In this document: positions 49,461-61,790 of the stretch, piece after piece | How positions within the stretch are numbered: position 1 is the stretch's first letter | Layout: each line of letters begins with the position of its first letter | Source: Lama glama | Lineage: Eukaryota | Length of the DNA: 64,000 nt | Direction: 5' to 3' | Assembly (NCBI GenBank): GCA_028534125.1 | Contig: CM052818.1 | Span: forward strand, 3,906,001 to 3,970,000 | The notes under the pieces: generated by a model | What the model was told of the DNA's origin: nothing | What the model saw: the letters and a program-made list of their open reading frames with translations, nothing else | The model's database searches: none | Position numbers and translations under genes: made by a program

Positions 49461-50774
49461 CTGCTCGGGCAACAGAGACCCGCTCAGTCCCTCCCGCCCC
49501 ACCGGACGGAGCCCCCCTCTGCCCGGGGAGTCCGTCTCTCACAAGCTCAGTCATCTGTGGTCAGTGCTGTGAGAACCAGCAACTTTTCTCTGGGGACTGG
49601 AGGTAACTCCGGCATGAATAAGAAGAGCGTGGGTGAGGTGCTAAAGGAATAAGCTTTACTTTTGGGGGTTTCCAAATCTTATCCCCCAACAAAAGGTCAA
49701 TCCTGGTGAAATGGTCACCAGAGTAGCCCCAGTGACTCCAACTGGACTATCTCCTTATGACAGTCGACGTGACTCTTGCCAAGGTCCGGGGGCAAACTCT
49801 ACCACCTCGGCCCTTCATGTTATTCTTAATTATGTGCAAGGCTCCTTGAAGAGTTTGGCAAAGAGGGACAGTCATCATGATTTACAAGCTGACTAGAAGT
49901 GTTACAGCAGTTGGCAAAACCTACTAGAATTCTTGCAGTGCTTTTTAACCTTCTACTAACACTGCTGATGGCTGACTTACAGTAACAAGGGTTGGTGTTC
50001 AGACAGGGTCTGTCTTATTTGTTGAAGTTTGGAGTGAAATAGGAGATTTTTTTTTCTTTCTTAAAGCCTTTACTTTTGAGAGATGACAGAAAAATCTTCC
50101 AGGTACACAGGGAAAAGTAATACACCTCTACAGGCCTAGGAGAAAAATCCTCACTGTAACACTGACTCTCTCTTTAGAGATTTGTCTCAGATAAAGAAAT
50201 GCTATCATGAAAGATAGGATAGTAACAGTAATAATAGCTAAAATGGTAATAATAATAAGCATTATTTCTATGTGCTAAGGACTCTATTAAGTACATTTTA
50301 TGCTTTTTTTCCATTTAAATGAAAGAAAGTTTAAATCAAACTGATATCTTAATCTAAAATCATATCCACTCATAGTAATGAAGAGGCTTGGAGCTCAGAG
50401 GACAAGAAAATTAAATTTGACATAAAAATCTAAGACTTTAAGAAAAAATCCAAGAATTTCTTAATCCATCCAAGTATTTATTAACCTAATGAATTCAACA
50501 TGCAAAACTGTTCATGGACATTACAGACTGTGGTCCATAATGAGATCTTAATTACTTTTATATAACATTTTTTGGGAATCATCAGAGCAGTAGAATTTGA
50601 CCTGACACCTGCCATTTTTCTATGCATTCCTTCTCTGGAATAAAGAGTGTGCCCAAGGGTTACAGGCAATATCATATGTATCATTTGGAACATGAAATTA
50701 CTAAGGCATTTTCAGAAGCAAACACTGGAAAAAAACTAAATAATTCATAGCGGTGATTCAAAATATAGTCTTAC

Positions 50775-50808
50775 CTTGACTGTTTTCATAATAAATCTGC
50801 TCACTGGC
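50775..50808 (-). CDS. ANTXR1: ANTXR1 coding exon (exon 5 equivalent, 34 nt): ASEQIYYENSQ(G)
   Basis: TTTTTCAG acceptor, GTAAGA donor; phases fit both neighbouring exons. Confidence 0.96.
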
Positions 50809-51370
50809 CTGAAAAACACATGGAAGACCCATTAGACATACAGTCACTGTTCACTACTACAAATGCCATATTGGGCAGTGGGCTGTTGGATACACAGCCT
50901 GGGGTCTTGATTTTTCTATGTAATTCACCCAAGTTTCACTCAGATAACAATGGGTGACATTCATCTAATGTTACCCTGACCTTTAACTCACATACTTAGA
51001 ACAGGGATCAATATCTTACTTCTCATAGACTGGGCCTTGATTTCCTTAAGATTGAAGTCATTGGAATTGTCCCATCCCCTGAAGAAATATGCAGTAAAGG
51101 GTACCTTGGGAACAGAGAAGGCCTGTGTGTGGCATGATTCACGAGTGTCAGCCAAGCATTAGCTAAGAGACCCTTCATCAGTGTCAGGGAGGGAGGAAAG
51201 AATTTTATTTCTTCAGCTTTCCTGGATGGAGTTATCATGTACACGCTTATGGGAAAATTTTTTTGACTCTTGCCATTGGGTGTTACTCAGTGCCCTTAAT
51301 ATGTGTGCCTTATCTCATCAGGCATTCCTGTGTTGATGTTTCCATTATCACACGCTATATTTGGAATTTA

Positions 51371-51508
<138 letters not shown>

Positions 51509-52659
51509 TTATTTACTTTGCTGTTGGTAGTCACATGCGTTAATCTTTTCTTATCTCTATAATGCCCCGATCGTCCCCCAAAAGCTTATCAGCGGGAAAG
51601 TCTTTGTGATAAGTTACCCATTTAGAGTCAGCCACAGGGTAGAATGAGTGTGATTTCAAAGACTGAGGGAAAGGACCTTTCTTTAGGAATCTGCATCTGC
51701 TCGGGGAAGTTTTCCATTTCCCGAACAGGACAAAGTTTTCATTCTACACTGGAAATGAGTCTTAAGACAGAACTGCTCCTGAGAGGACACAGAGCAACTT
51801 AGGCAATTTTACATCAAGACACGAGGTCTCATGTGAATGAGAAAGACTCAAGGACCAAGAACACAGGGCAAGGCCACCACGGGGACCGCAGGCGGGAGGG
51901 GCAGGCGTCCGCAGAGCCACCTCTGCCACCAGCATGGTTGTGCCAAAGGAAACATGTAGCCAGCTTGAAAATAAAGACTCAAGCAATCTGCGCTTTCCAG
52001 GACAACCAAGAGTGTGGGCTGGTGCCCCTGTTTTTTTACTTTGGTTGCTCAAGGTGGTGGTGGGGCAGGAAGAGGAAGTGGCTTATGGTATTGGGACACG
52101 GTCCGACGGCAGTGGAAAACGGGAGTGGTTTGGGGACCAATAGGAATCTTTGTGGACCATTCCCTCTGGGATGGATGATGTCCACATTCATGTTCCTGTC
52201 TTTTAAATTGCTCCACACTGTGCTGGAAAGGGCAAGAAAGTTTAGTTTCTGAAAAAAATATTAACATTATTGATGAGCAACAAGCCCACAAAGGATTTGA
52301 AATTGCCTTTCTCCCACCGGGGTTCCTTTAAGGGCAGAGAGATGCACAATTTAAATTAGGTGGAGAAATTCCTTCAGAGGAGGAAGAAGGCCTCATTGAA
52401 CATCCACTATGCACAAGGCTCTGCTCAAAAATTTCTGACTTCATCCTCACATTAAAGGTGAGAAAAAACTTGGGTGCAGAGAGGTTAAGTAGAAGAGCAG
52501 GGACTTGAGGTCAAATCAGCCTGACTTAAGAAAAAAACAAACAAAAAACTCGCCTGGCTTTTTACTTTTCCAAGCAGCCTCCCAGCATAGAATGGTGCTG
52601 GAGAAGTGGGAAATTTTCAATAACAGCTGAATTAGTGAACAGCACTGGCAATTTCTAAT

Positions 52660-52885
52660 GCCGTCTGAGTACTCACACTGTGCCAAACTTTGTTCAAATA
52701 ATATATATAATTAATCCACTTATGCCTTACAATAGCTCTTTGAGGCGGATACTAGTGTAATATTCTTTTTACAGATAAGGAAACTGAGTCACAGAGAGGC
52801 TAAGGAAGTTTCCCAAAGCCCCTCAAATACTAGGTGGCAGAAATGGGATTTGAACTCAGAGGCTTTGCTCTCAGTCACTATGATA
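52660..52885 (-). mobile_element. MIR SINE remnant
   Basis: tttacagataaggaaactgagtcacagagaggctaaggaagtttcccaaag...gtggcagaaatgggatttgaactcag. Confidence 0.8.
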
Positions 52886-53229
52886 AATTGTTTCTCTCTT
52901 GAATAAATGAAGGACGGAAAAGGAAAGGAAGGAGAGAGGGAGGAAGGAAGGAAGGAAGATTTATTACTGGTCTATTCTGACAATTGCTTAAACAGGAAGT
53001 CCAATGTAAAATTAACCTTTCATAAAACACGATTTAACGGGGTGGCCCTCGGTACAGTTGATCACCAGGTTGTCAGAGGTTTTAAAAGACAAACTGAAAA
53101 GGGTTCAGCCCGAGCCTGTCCCAGGCCCGGGCTGCTGACACATCTTAGGTGGCGTATTTAAGGCCAAGGAACTCAGACGTTGGGAAATATACTGAGTGTT
53201 TTTCTGCCTGTCTTGTCAGTGCCCAGATA

Positions 53230-54085
53230 TCAGATCCCCTGCCCAGCTGCCCAGATCAGAAACTGGAAGCCTTCTTTGACCCCCTCTATTTTGACTCCCC
53301 TCTCTCCTTCTGCTCCCCTCCATAATCCAATGGTTGTACTCTAAACGTATCTTGAAACTGACACCTCTTTGTCTCTTCTGCCAACCTCATGGTCTGGGCC
53401 ACCATCGTTTCTCACTTAGACCATTGGGAAGGTCACTGGCTCTCTTTGGACTGCTTTCTTGCGTCTCTTCCATTCAATCTCCACATGGCTGCCAGAGTGT
53501 TCTTAAAATATGGATCAGACCCTTCATAGCAGTTGATTAGACCTGGGATAAAATCTCATTTCCTTGCCATGACCTTCAAGTGCCCGCATGGGATGGTTCC
53601 TCAGCTTCCCGACAGCCTCATCTTGCACCACTCTGCCCCCATTCCCTTCACTCGAGTCCCACTGGTCTTCCCAAGCTCCTTTCTCCAACAGGTGCTTCCC
53701 ACCAGCAATCACTGCTGCCTAGGGGCTGGCGATGCTTTCTGCCCAGCTCCTCACTGGGCTAATTCTTACCCAGCCTTCAATCCCAACCTAGATACCAGTT
53801 GTTCAAAGTAGCCTTCCTTGACTTCTCCAGTTCAAATTAGCTCCCTCAGTCAGGTTTTCATGTGGCACCCCACAATTTTTGCTTTATAGCACTTAGGATA
53901 TTTTATAACAACTAACCTTGATTATGTGATTATTTGCTCAGTTTAGTTTAGTTAGTCTGTTTCAATTCTAGACTTTAAACTCCACAAGGGCTGGGCCGTG
54001 TCTGTTTTGGTCTCCATTCTATCTTCTGTGTCTATCATAGTCCCTGAAATGTTATAGACATTCAACAGATATTTGCTGAAGAGGT
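53230..54085 (+). mobile_element. L2 LINE fragment including its 3' end
   Basis: ccattcaatctccacatggctgccagagtgttcttaaaatatggatcagac...tagactttaaactccacaaggg...acattcaacagatatttgctgaa. Confidence 0.75.
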
Positions 54086-54259
54086 GAGAGGAGGGAATAA
54101 GCTTCACTTGGCCATGTGGACGGAGGCCAGGCAGGAGCTGACCTAGTACTAATCGACGGTAGGCAGGTCTGGGTCCATGTGGTTACAAGTCATTCTCTGT
54201 CTTGTACCTCTTTACATAACCCCCAATATTTTAATAAATCCCATTAAAAGGCATAGCTT

Positions 54260-54405
54260 GCAGGGAGGGTATGGCTCAAATGGCAGAGCACACGCTTAGC
54301 ATGCATGAGGTCCTGGGTTCAATCCCTGGTACCTCCTCTAAGAATAAATAAATAAATAGACCTAATTACCTCCCCCCACAAAAAATAAATCTAAAAATAA
54401 CTTTA
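54260..54405 (+). mobile_element. Vic-1-like SINE with a perfect 14-bp TSD
   Basis: gggagggtatggctcaaatggcagagcacacgcttagcatgcatgaggtcctgggttcaatccc; AAAAGGCATAGCTT at 54246-54259 and 54406-54419, preceded by TT. Confidence 0.93.
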
Positions 54406-55600
54406 AAAAGGCATAGCTTAATTTCAACTCCATCATTTGGTAACAAGAAAGAGCATATATCTGTGCATCAGAAGGAGGGTTAAAGATGAGCGCAGAGTCC
54501 CCCACGGAGGCCATGATTGGGAGGGGGTCGCTTTGCCCTGCAGGTCAGAAGTTCCATGAGAGGGACAGCAATGACAAGGTGGCATGAGGGTGAGGCTGGG
54601 ATAGGAAAACTGGGGTTTGCTCCTGAACACACAGAGGTGGCACCCTGTAACCATTCAGTATAGCTGGGGGGGCACTATCGGGGAGGGGACTAATTTCTGA
54701 CAATCAGGTGGGTGGAGATTGGGCATTCAAAGTAAATGTGAACAACGACAAAAAAGGAAATGTGGCCTTATCCTTGGTCATTGACTAGGGAGGTTTGGGA
54801 CATTTTGGTAACACTAAAATTGGAATACTGTGCTAAGCCTACAACTTAAAAAAGAGGATTTGAAAAAAGGCATACCGGGGGTGTGGAAAAGGCTCCTTGG
54901 CTTGTCTGTGTTTCTCTCCTGCCAAAAAAGTCTGGGAACTGGGGTGTTTTCTCTAAGCCGACTTCCTTTCCTTTACAAGTATTTTCTTGAGCTTTCTATT
55001 TTTTGGTACCAGAACAAGCAAAGGCTGTTTTGGAAACTGCCCTTATCCTTGGCGCTTTGTGTCTGACAAGATATGAGCTCACTAGTCCCACGCAGTGGCC
55101 ACCAACTCCCCGTATAGCACCCCGACTTGGTGAAAGATCAGATGACTTGTGGCCCCACCTCCCTACTCCATGCGCCTTCTCTCAGCACCCACCACTTCGA
55201 CGCAAATCAAATAGACGTTTTCATGGAAACTGTGGGTCCGTTTTAATTCCGGAACAATAGAACTATTAACGAGGGTCTATTTTTTTTAATGCTCTCTTAG
55301 AAATGAAAGAAAACTGGGAGAAAGATCTTTTAAAGAGGTGATAAGAACCTCTCCTCTCTGAGGACTTGGTTATTACCCAATGAAATGTTATCTTCCTGGG
55401 AAACGAGAGAGTCTGGGGATCCTATGAAAAGAGGCTGCTGTTAAGTCTCTCTTCCTTGGTGATTTCACATGTCTGCCAGTGTTTCTACTCAGAAGTTAAG
55501 GGTTTCCAGGCCACATGTCTTGTTTTCCTTTTGCAACCTCTGCAACACTTAATGATGGACACAGAGTGGGTGATTTGTTCTTGAATGAATGACTCCAGTT

Positions 55601-55624
55601 TGGATGCATGCATGCATGCATCCA
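55601..55624. repeat. 24-bp perfect palindrome built on (TGCA)n
   Basis: TGGATGCATGCATGCATGCATCCA is its own reverse complement. Confidence 0.9.
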
Positions 55625-55675
55625 TCCATTATTCATGAAGCGTGTGCTGTGCACTGAGCACTATAGGGTATTGCT

Positions 55676-55706
55676 GGGGGTAGGGGTAGGGGTAGGGGGT
55701 GGGGGG
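55676..55706 (+). repeat. (GGGGTA)n G-run tract, potential G-quadruplex
   Basis: gggggtaggggtaggggtagggggtgggggg has five runs of at least 4 G. Confidence 0.8.
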
Positions 55707-56379
55707 AGCCAGTTACAATGCCTGTTGGGCTTTCTGTTGCCCTGGAAAATTTTCTACACTTCTTGAAGATTACTTTCTGGGATTCCAGTTGTACTGTGAC
55801 ATCTTAATATTTGCTGATGAAGACATTAAAGATGAATGCACAGAAACACGTCAAGAGGCACTTCCACAAGGTTTCTCCCCAAGTACCCCAGCGATGTTCC
55901 TACTGCAAAATCCTCCTCGAGGTTATGCAAGGTCTACCACATTTTTGGTCTATAAAAGCAGACTCCACCCCCCCACCCCAAACTGAACATCGGCTCTTCA
56001 TTGTTGACATCTTGTCTCCTAGTAAAAGAGTTTCTGTGGAACTAACTTTTCTCACATGTCCTCCAGTTGTTGGCTTCAGAGCCTCAACTTGTATAGTAAA
56101 CACACAGCACTCTTAACCACTATTGCTACACTCACAACATTTCCAGATGTCTTAGGGCTCCCATATTGGCTACAAACACATGGCATGAACAGAAGAGCAA
56201 AGGTTAATTAAAGACATTTTGCTGCCACTTTTGGAGTCGTGAAGTCCCACTACCAACTCCAGTCATTTGCTTATAATGTGTAAAAATCATGTCTTTTTGG
56301 GGACTTTAACCTAAGGATAGGCCACTACGATGAATGACATTGAGATGCATGTGGAACCAAAGCTTCTTTGCTATATTTT

Positions 56380-58490
56380 TTTAACTGAGGAATAATTTAG
56401 ATACAGTAATGTGTAATTAATTTGCATTATAATTGTCAAATTTATTTCTATAAAGTTGTTCATAACATTCCTTCATTATCTTTTAATATCTGTAAGATCT
56501 ATAATAATATTTCCCTTTTGTTCACATTTTAGCAGTTGCTGCATGGGTTATGATATTCATCTTTATTTTATAACAGCTGATAATATTAACCATATGTTAA
56601 TATTAACGTAGTAGGCCACTTTTCAAATAATGGCAGAACCCTTTAATGTTACACTTCCATGTAATTCCCTCTCATCCTTTGTGCTATTGTGGTCATGTCT
56701 TCTACTTCTGTATATGTCATACACTCCACAATAGGGTGTTAATTGTTTCTGTCTTAAACAATCATCTTTGTATGAAATTAAGAAAATATTTATCATTTCA
56801 GTACTCTCCCTTCCTTTTTATGTAGCTTTAGTTTACACCTGGTGTCATTTTCCCTCTGAAGAATTCCTTTAGTACGTATGTATGTATGTATTTATTTATT
56901 TGTAGTGCAAATTTGCTGATCATGATTCTCTTAGTTCTTTCTAGAAATGTTTTAATTGTGCCTTCAATTGGATATTTTCACTGGATACAGAATTCTAAAT
57001 TGACTATGTTTCCTTTCGTCTCTTTAAAGAGCTTGATCCTTTTGTCTTCTAGATCGCATGTGGTTTTTTCCTGATGAAAAGTAAGTGATTTTCATTGCCA
57101 TTTCACTGTGACATGTCTTTCCCTTTCCCTCTTAGATTGCTTTCAAGGGTATCTCTTTATCCTGTTTTTCAAGAATTTGGCTACAGTGTGCTTAGGTGAC
57201 TTAAAGAAAAATCATTTTTTTTTTGGTATTTGTCTTGCTTGGGGTTTTTCAAGCTTCTTGAGTCTGTGTGCGGAAGAGCATGCTTGGTACTCCAATTACA
57301 CACACATTAGACCATGTGATATTATCCCACAAATCATAGGATCTGGTTCATCGCCCACCCCCCATCATTTCCCATTTTCTCTTTCAGTTTAGATAACTTC
57401 TCTTAACTTGTTTGTAAGTTCATTAATCCCTTTTCTGCAGATATCATGTTTCAGTCCACAGTTTTCACTTGGCTTTTCCTTTGAGTTTTCTTTTTTCTTT
57501 TTCCTGATATCCCATGTCTTCCTCCATTATATTCACCTTTCCCTATAGATTCCTATATGTTTATAATAGTTGTTTGAAAGTCCATGTCTACTAATTCTAA
57601 TAATTGAGTCACCTGTGGTTGCTTCCATTATTGTGCTTTTCCCTTGATTATAGGTTACATTTTCCTGCCTCTTTCCATGTCTCATAATCTTTTAACTTGT
57701 ATTTCACACATTGCGTATAAAAAAAGCAGTGGAAACTTAGGTATAATATTGATTTGTTTTGTCTACTCACTGCAGAGGATAAGCCTTTCATCTTTGTGAG
57801 CTCAGGTCAGGGGCTGAATACTTAGATTCCCCCTTGAGTTAGGCTGACCTTGGGCTGGGCTACAGCTTTAGTTGAAGTGTGTTCCCTGTTATTAGCCCAA
57901 CTCCCAGCCTTATACCTTGCCCTGTCTTTGTGATCTTTTCTGTATTTGAGGTGGGAAGGAGTTAGGTACAGCTTCAGATATTTTGGCTTGACCTTGGATT
58001 CAGCCCTGGTAGGACTCCAGACTCCAAGCATCGTAAGTATCCATCAGATGATGTGATTTCTCTCTACTTCTCAACAGCTCCTCTACTGCTACTTTTTTGG
58101 GAAAAATGCAGAGGGGTGGGTGAGGAGGAAGAGCTGAGCAATTTCTTTTTTTGATTGAGGATCTTTCAGATAATGCTTCCCTCTGGCATACATCATTGTC
58201 TAAGGTTCAGCTGACTTTTCCTCAGCCCTGCAGTCTCTGTCCATGGCTGATCTACATTTCCAGTTTCCCATACCCAGACCAGACATCCAACTCCAAGTAT
58301 AGAAGCTTTTGCAGATCTCTGCTCAGCTATCCAGGGCTTATTTCTCTCTAATTCAGTTCATCAGTGCTTCCTGTGTGCCTTCTAGCCCCATAGAAACATA
58401 TGAATTTTATTTTGTCTGGACTTCTCTGGTTGACCATGGAAATGAAGATTTTTCACATCCCTCTACATCCTAACTAGAAGCAGACATTCT
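56380..58490 (-). mobile_element. Old degenerate L1M fragments
   Basis: T-rich L1-like text (ggatattttcactggatacagaattcta; tttataatagttgtttgaaagtccatgtctactaattc); boundaries approximate. Confidence 0.6.
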
Positions 58491-59711
58491 GTAAAGGGTT
58501 TTTCTAAACATTTGTGACTACACATTTGTTTCAAGTCAGGAAGAAAAATACTGGAGATGATTACCAGCATATAAATATACTTTAGTATCCTTTTTAATAT
58601 TCTAAAAAAAAAATCCTCTGTGACCCTTCATCTCCCTCAAGCTATTGACCAATTCATTTGCCTTTCTCTTCAAAATACAGCATCTTTAAAGAGAACTCAC
58701 TTCCTTACTTCCCTAGTTTTCCTGGTAAAGACTTCAAATGTGAAGTGATCTTTGACTATCTATCTGTTTATAATGAATGAGTGAGACTAAGATTTGCTGG
58801 ATGCTCTGTGTGCATGGTGGGGCATGCCAATTGGTGAATGACCCCCCTTTAGTCGACAGGATTTTTTGGTTGAGGACCCTCAAATATCATTGTATGTCCA
58901 TTTTCCTGCTCTGAGATGTTTATTTCTACAGAGAAGTACTTTTTAAACTCTTTCCTTAAGTGTTAGTTCTGGAATTGACAAGGGGGAGGGTTGGAAGTAG
59001 CAACATTTGTTATGCGCATATCGCCGTAATCTACCATGTCTGGTGTCTGTCCATGAAACAATTCTTGTTCAATTTTGCCAAAGAATGTGCTTCTCTTTTC
59101 TGGCGGAGCTGGAAAAAGGGTAATTTTCAAAGTGTAGTGGAAGTAAGTGGTTCTAAAGGTTGATAAGCTCCTTGGATAAACTTTTAAACAATATTCCAGT
59201 CTTCGAAGACCCTGTAGCCCTTCCTTGACTCTGGCAGTATCTGACAGCTCCAGGTTCTGAGCTCCAGGATTCTGCAAGGCTAGAAGGCTTATCACCCTTC
59301 AGCATCATTTCTGCAGGATTATATTTGACTTTTTTCCACAGTGCCTATGTCATTTGCCACTCCCCATCTTCTTTCTGTCTTCATCTATAGCGTGCTTATG
59401 GTTTAAATATTTCTTAATTTCCTCAAAGATGGGCTTTGTGGTTTTGTTTCACCTTCTCCTGATTTTGGGTGGTTTTTTTTTTTTTTTCTTTGCAAGAAAA
59501 GGAGCCAAAAATGTCTTTATCCCTCACTTTAAAATTGGAAGCCCTCACCTTTTAGCCCATTGTGCTGTGACTTTGGTCTCCACGATTCTGCTAAAACTGC
59601 CTTTGTCAAGGTCCTCAGTGATCTCCACATGGCCAATCCACTGGTCACTTCTCTGGTTTCTCCTGACTCAACTTCTTACAGCATCAGACACAGTTAACCT
59701 CTCCTTCAACT

Positions 59712-59862
59712 CATTTTTAAAAAAATTTATTATTTTTTTTTATTTTTGAGGATTGGTAAGTAATTAGGTTTGTTTGTTTGTTTTAAAGGAAGTACTGGGT
59801 ATTGAACCCAGGACCTCATGCATGCTAAGTATGCACTTTACCACTGAGCTGTCCCCCCTCAC
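59712..59862 (-). mobile_element. Vic-1-like SINE inserted in an L2 remnant
   Basis: gtactgggtattgaacccaggacctcatgcatgctaagtatgcactttaccactgagct; CTCTCCTTCAA at 59699-59709 and 59870-59880. Confidence 0.88.
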
Positions 59863-61159
59863 CACTAAACTCTCCTTCAATTTAAAGTGCTTTCTTCCCT
59901 TGACTTCCATTGTAGCATCCTCTCTGATCTCCCTCATCAGATGTTCTTTCTCATATTTTTGTATAGGCTTTTCCTTCTCTTCTGAAACTTTAAAGACTGG
60001 AGTGTCCCGGAGCCCAGATCCCCTTATTCTCACACTTTTACTGTCTTACGACGGCAGTCTCATTCTTCCCGTGGCTTCAGTGCCATTCATGGGAGCACGG
60101 AATTTGGAGGAAGACAGACGGGGCACTGAATCTTAGTTCTGCTGCTTCCGACACATGTCAGCTCTAGATTTCTCAAAAGTAAGATGAAGGTGTGGAATTA
60201 TAAGATCTACCAGCTTCCTTCCAGCTCAGTCTTGCATCTGATTTTCTATGGGGACCAAAGGTTGAGCAGAAACAGAACCCGGGAACCTCCCGGGAATTGG
60301 CTACACTGGGCAGGTAGGAGTAGTCCACAATGTGACACAGGGTCAAGTGCAGACCAGTGACGGGAGCCCATCAGGGAATTCCCAGATTCCTACACTGCTC
60401 TAAGCTGGTGCAAAGGACGGGACTGATGGTTAAATCACAGGGGAACCTGACTTTACACAAACCCCTCTTTACACAACTCTATTTTGGTTGGTTGCTCATT
60501 TGTGCAGTGGTTTTCACCATGCAGTTTCCTACAGCACTGCTTGGCTTTTGAAACAAATCCCGTTAAGACCTTCTCCATCACCGTCCCCTCCATTGAGTCA
60601 TGTTTTGCAGGAGATGGAAGTGGTGGAGAGTAGGCTGTATATTCAGGGTTGCCCAAGTAGGTAGCTTCATCTAAGAGAACCTTCAGTTCCATGTTCCTCT
60701 TAGTTCAATAGAAACTGGGTCCCACCTGGTGCTGGTGGCATCTAAAATGGTCAGGGTGATAAACTTGAGCTTAGTACTACTGACCACAGCTAGTGTTTGA
60801 AGGGGCATAGGCAGAGCAGCAGCCTGCCAAGTTCTGTGTGACTCACACTGCGGAGTCCAGAGCCACCTTCTTGAATATGGATCGCCCTAGGGTAGATGAC
60901 AGACAAGAGTCTGCTGCTCTGGTCAAACCATATCTCTTTAGTATAAGCTGGAGAAGGCTACAGTTTTCTCCAAAGACAGGACTTCCTTGTCACACTTTGG
61001 AGTCATATTGGGCGGGAGGTGGGAGTAGGTAGGAACATATAAGGTCCACAGCAGATAACCCAACCCACAAGTCATACGTGGGTACGACTGTTTGAGAAGA
61101 GTTGGGGGATCATGCAAGATGTTGGTAGGACACGGGGCAATGAAAACTCTTACAAATCA

Positions 61160-61790
61160 CTAATGGGAGGGTAAACTGGAGCAGCCCCTTGGGAGAACAA
61201 TGAAATCAAGCCAAGCGAAGTTGCATATTCACATACCACAAGACCTAGCAATTCAATCCCTCGTTACATATCACGATATAAGAGAAATCTTGCTTCCCAC
61301 CTTCCGAGAGACAGGTACAAAGATGTTCTTTGCAACTTTGTTTATAACAGCAAAAAGTTAGAAATGAGCAAACTGTCCATTAATAAGAGAATAGATCAGT
61401 ACATGATGGTACATTATTACAATAGAATGCAATGCAATAGAAAGGAGACATTAGTTAAAATGAACCAAGCCTAGCTATATATATCTACATGGAAAAAGTC
61501 TCAAAAACATTATGCTAAGTGTAAAAAGCAACCTAGAGAAAAACACATACAATAACTTTCTATAAAGCTTAATATGAAAAATGTAATATATTGTTCATGG
61601 GTATGTAAAAATATACAACAGCCATTAAAATGATAACCTCCAAGTTCAGGATAGTAGTATCTCTGGTAAGGAGAGAGGAATAGGGTGTCAATACGTGTAA
61701 CATTTTACTTTGTAAGCTTGGTGGTGGAAAATGAAAGTTTATTATCCCTTTTTGGTGTACTTTTGTTATACTCAAAATATTTAATAATTA
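61160..61790 (+). mobile_element. Old L1ME-type 3' fragment
   Basis: gtaaactggagcagcccc...gacctagcaattc...gatgttctttgcaactttgtttataacagcaaaa...aaaacattatgctaagtg. Confidence 0.7.

Noticed and set aside
58960-59295. Possible processed pseudogene (110-aa ORF)
   Set aside because: No protein I recognise, and no poly-A or TSD.
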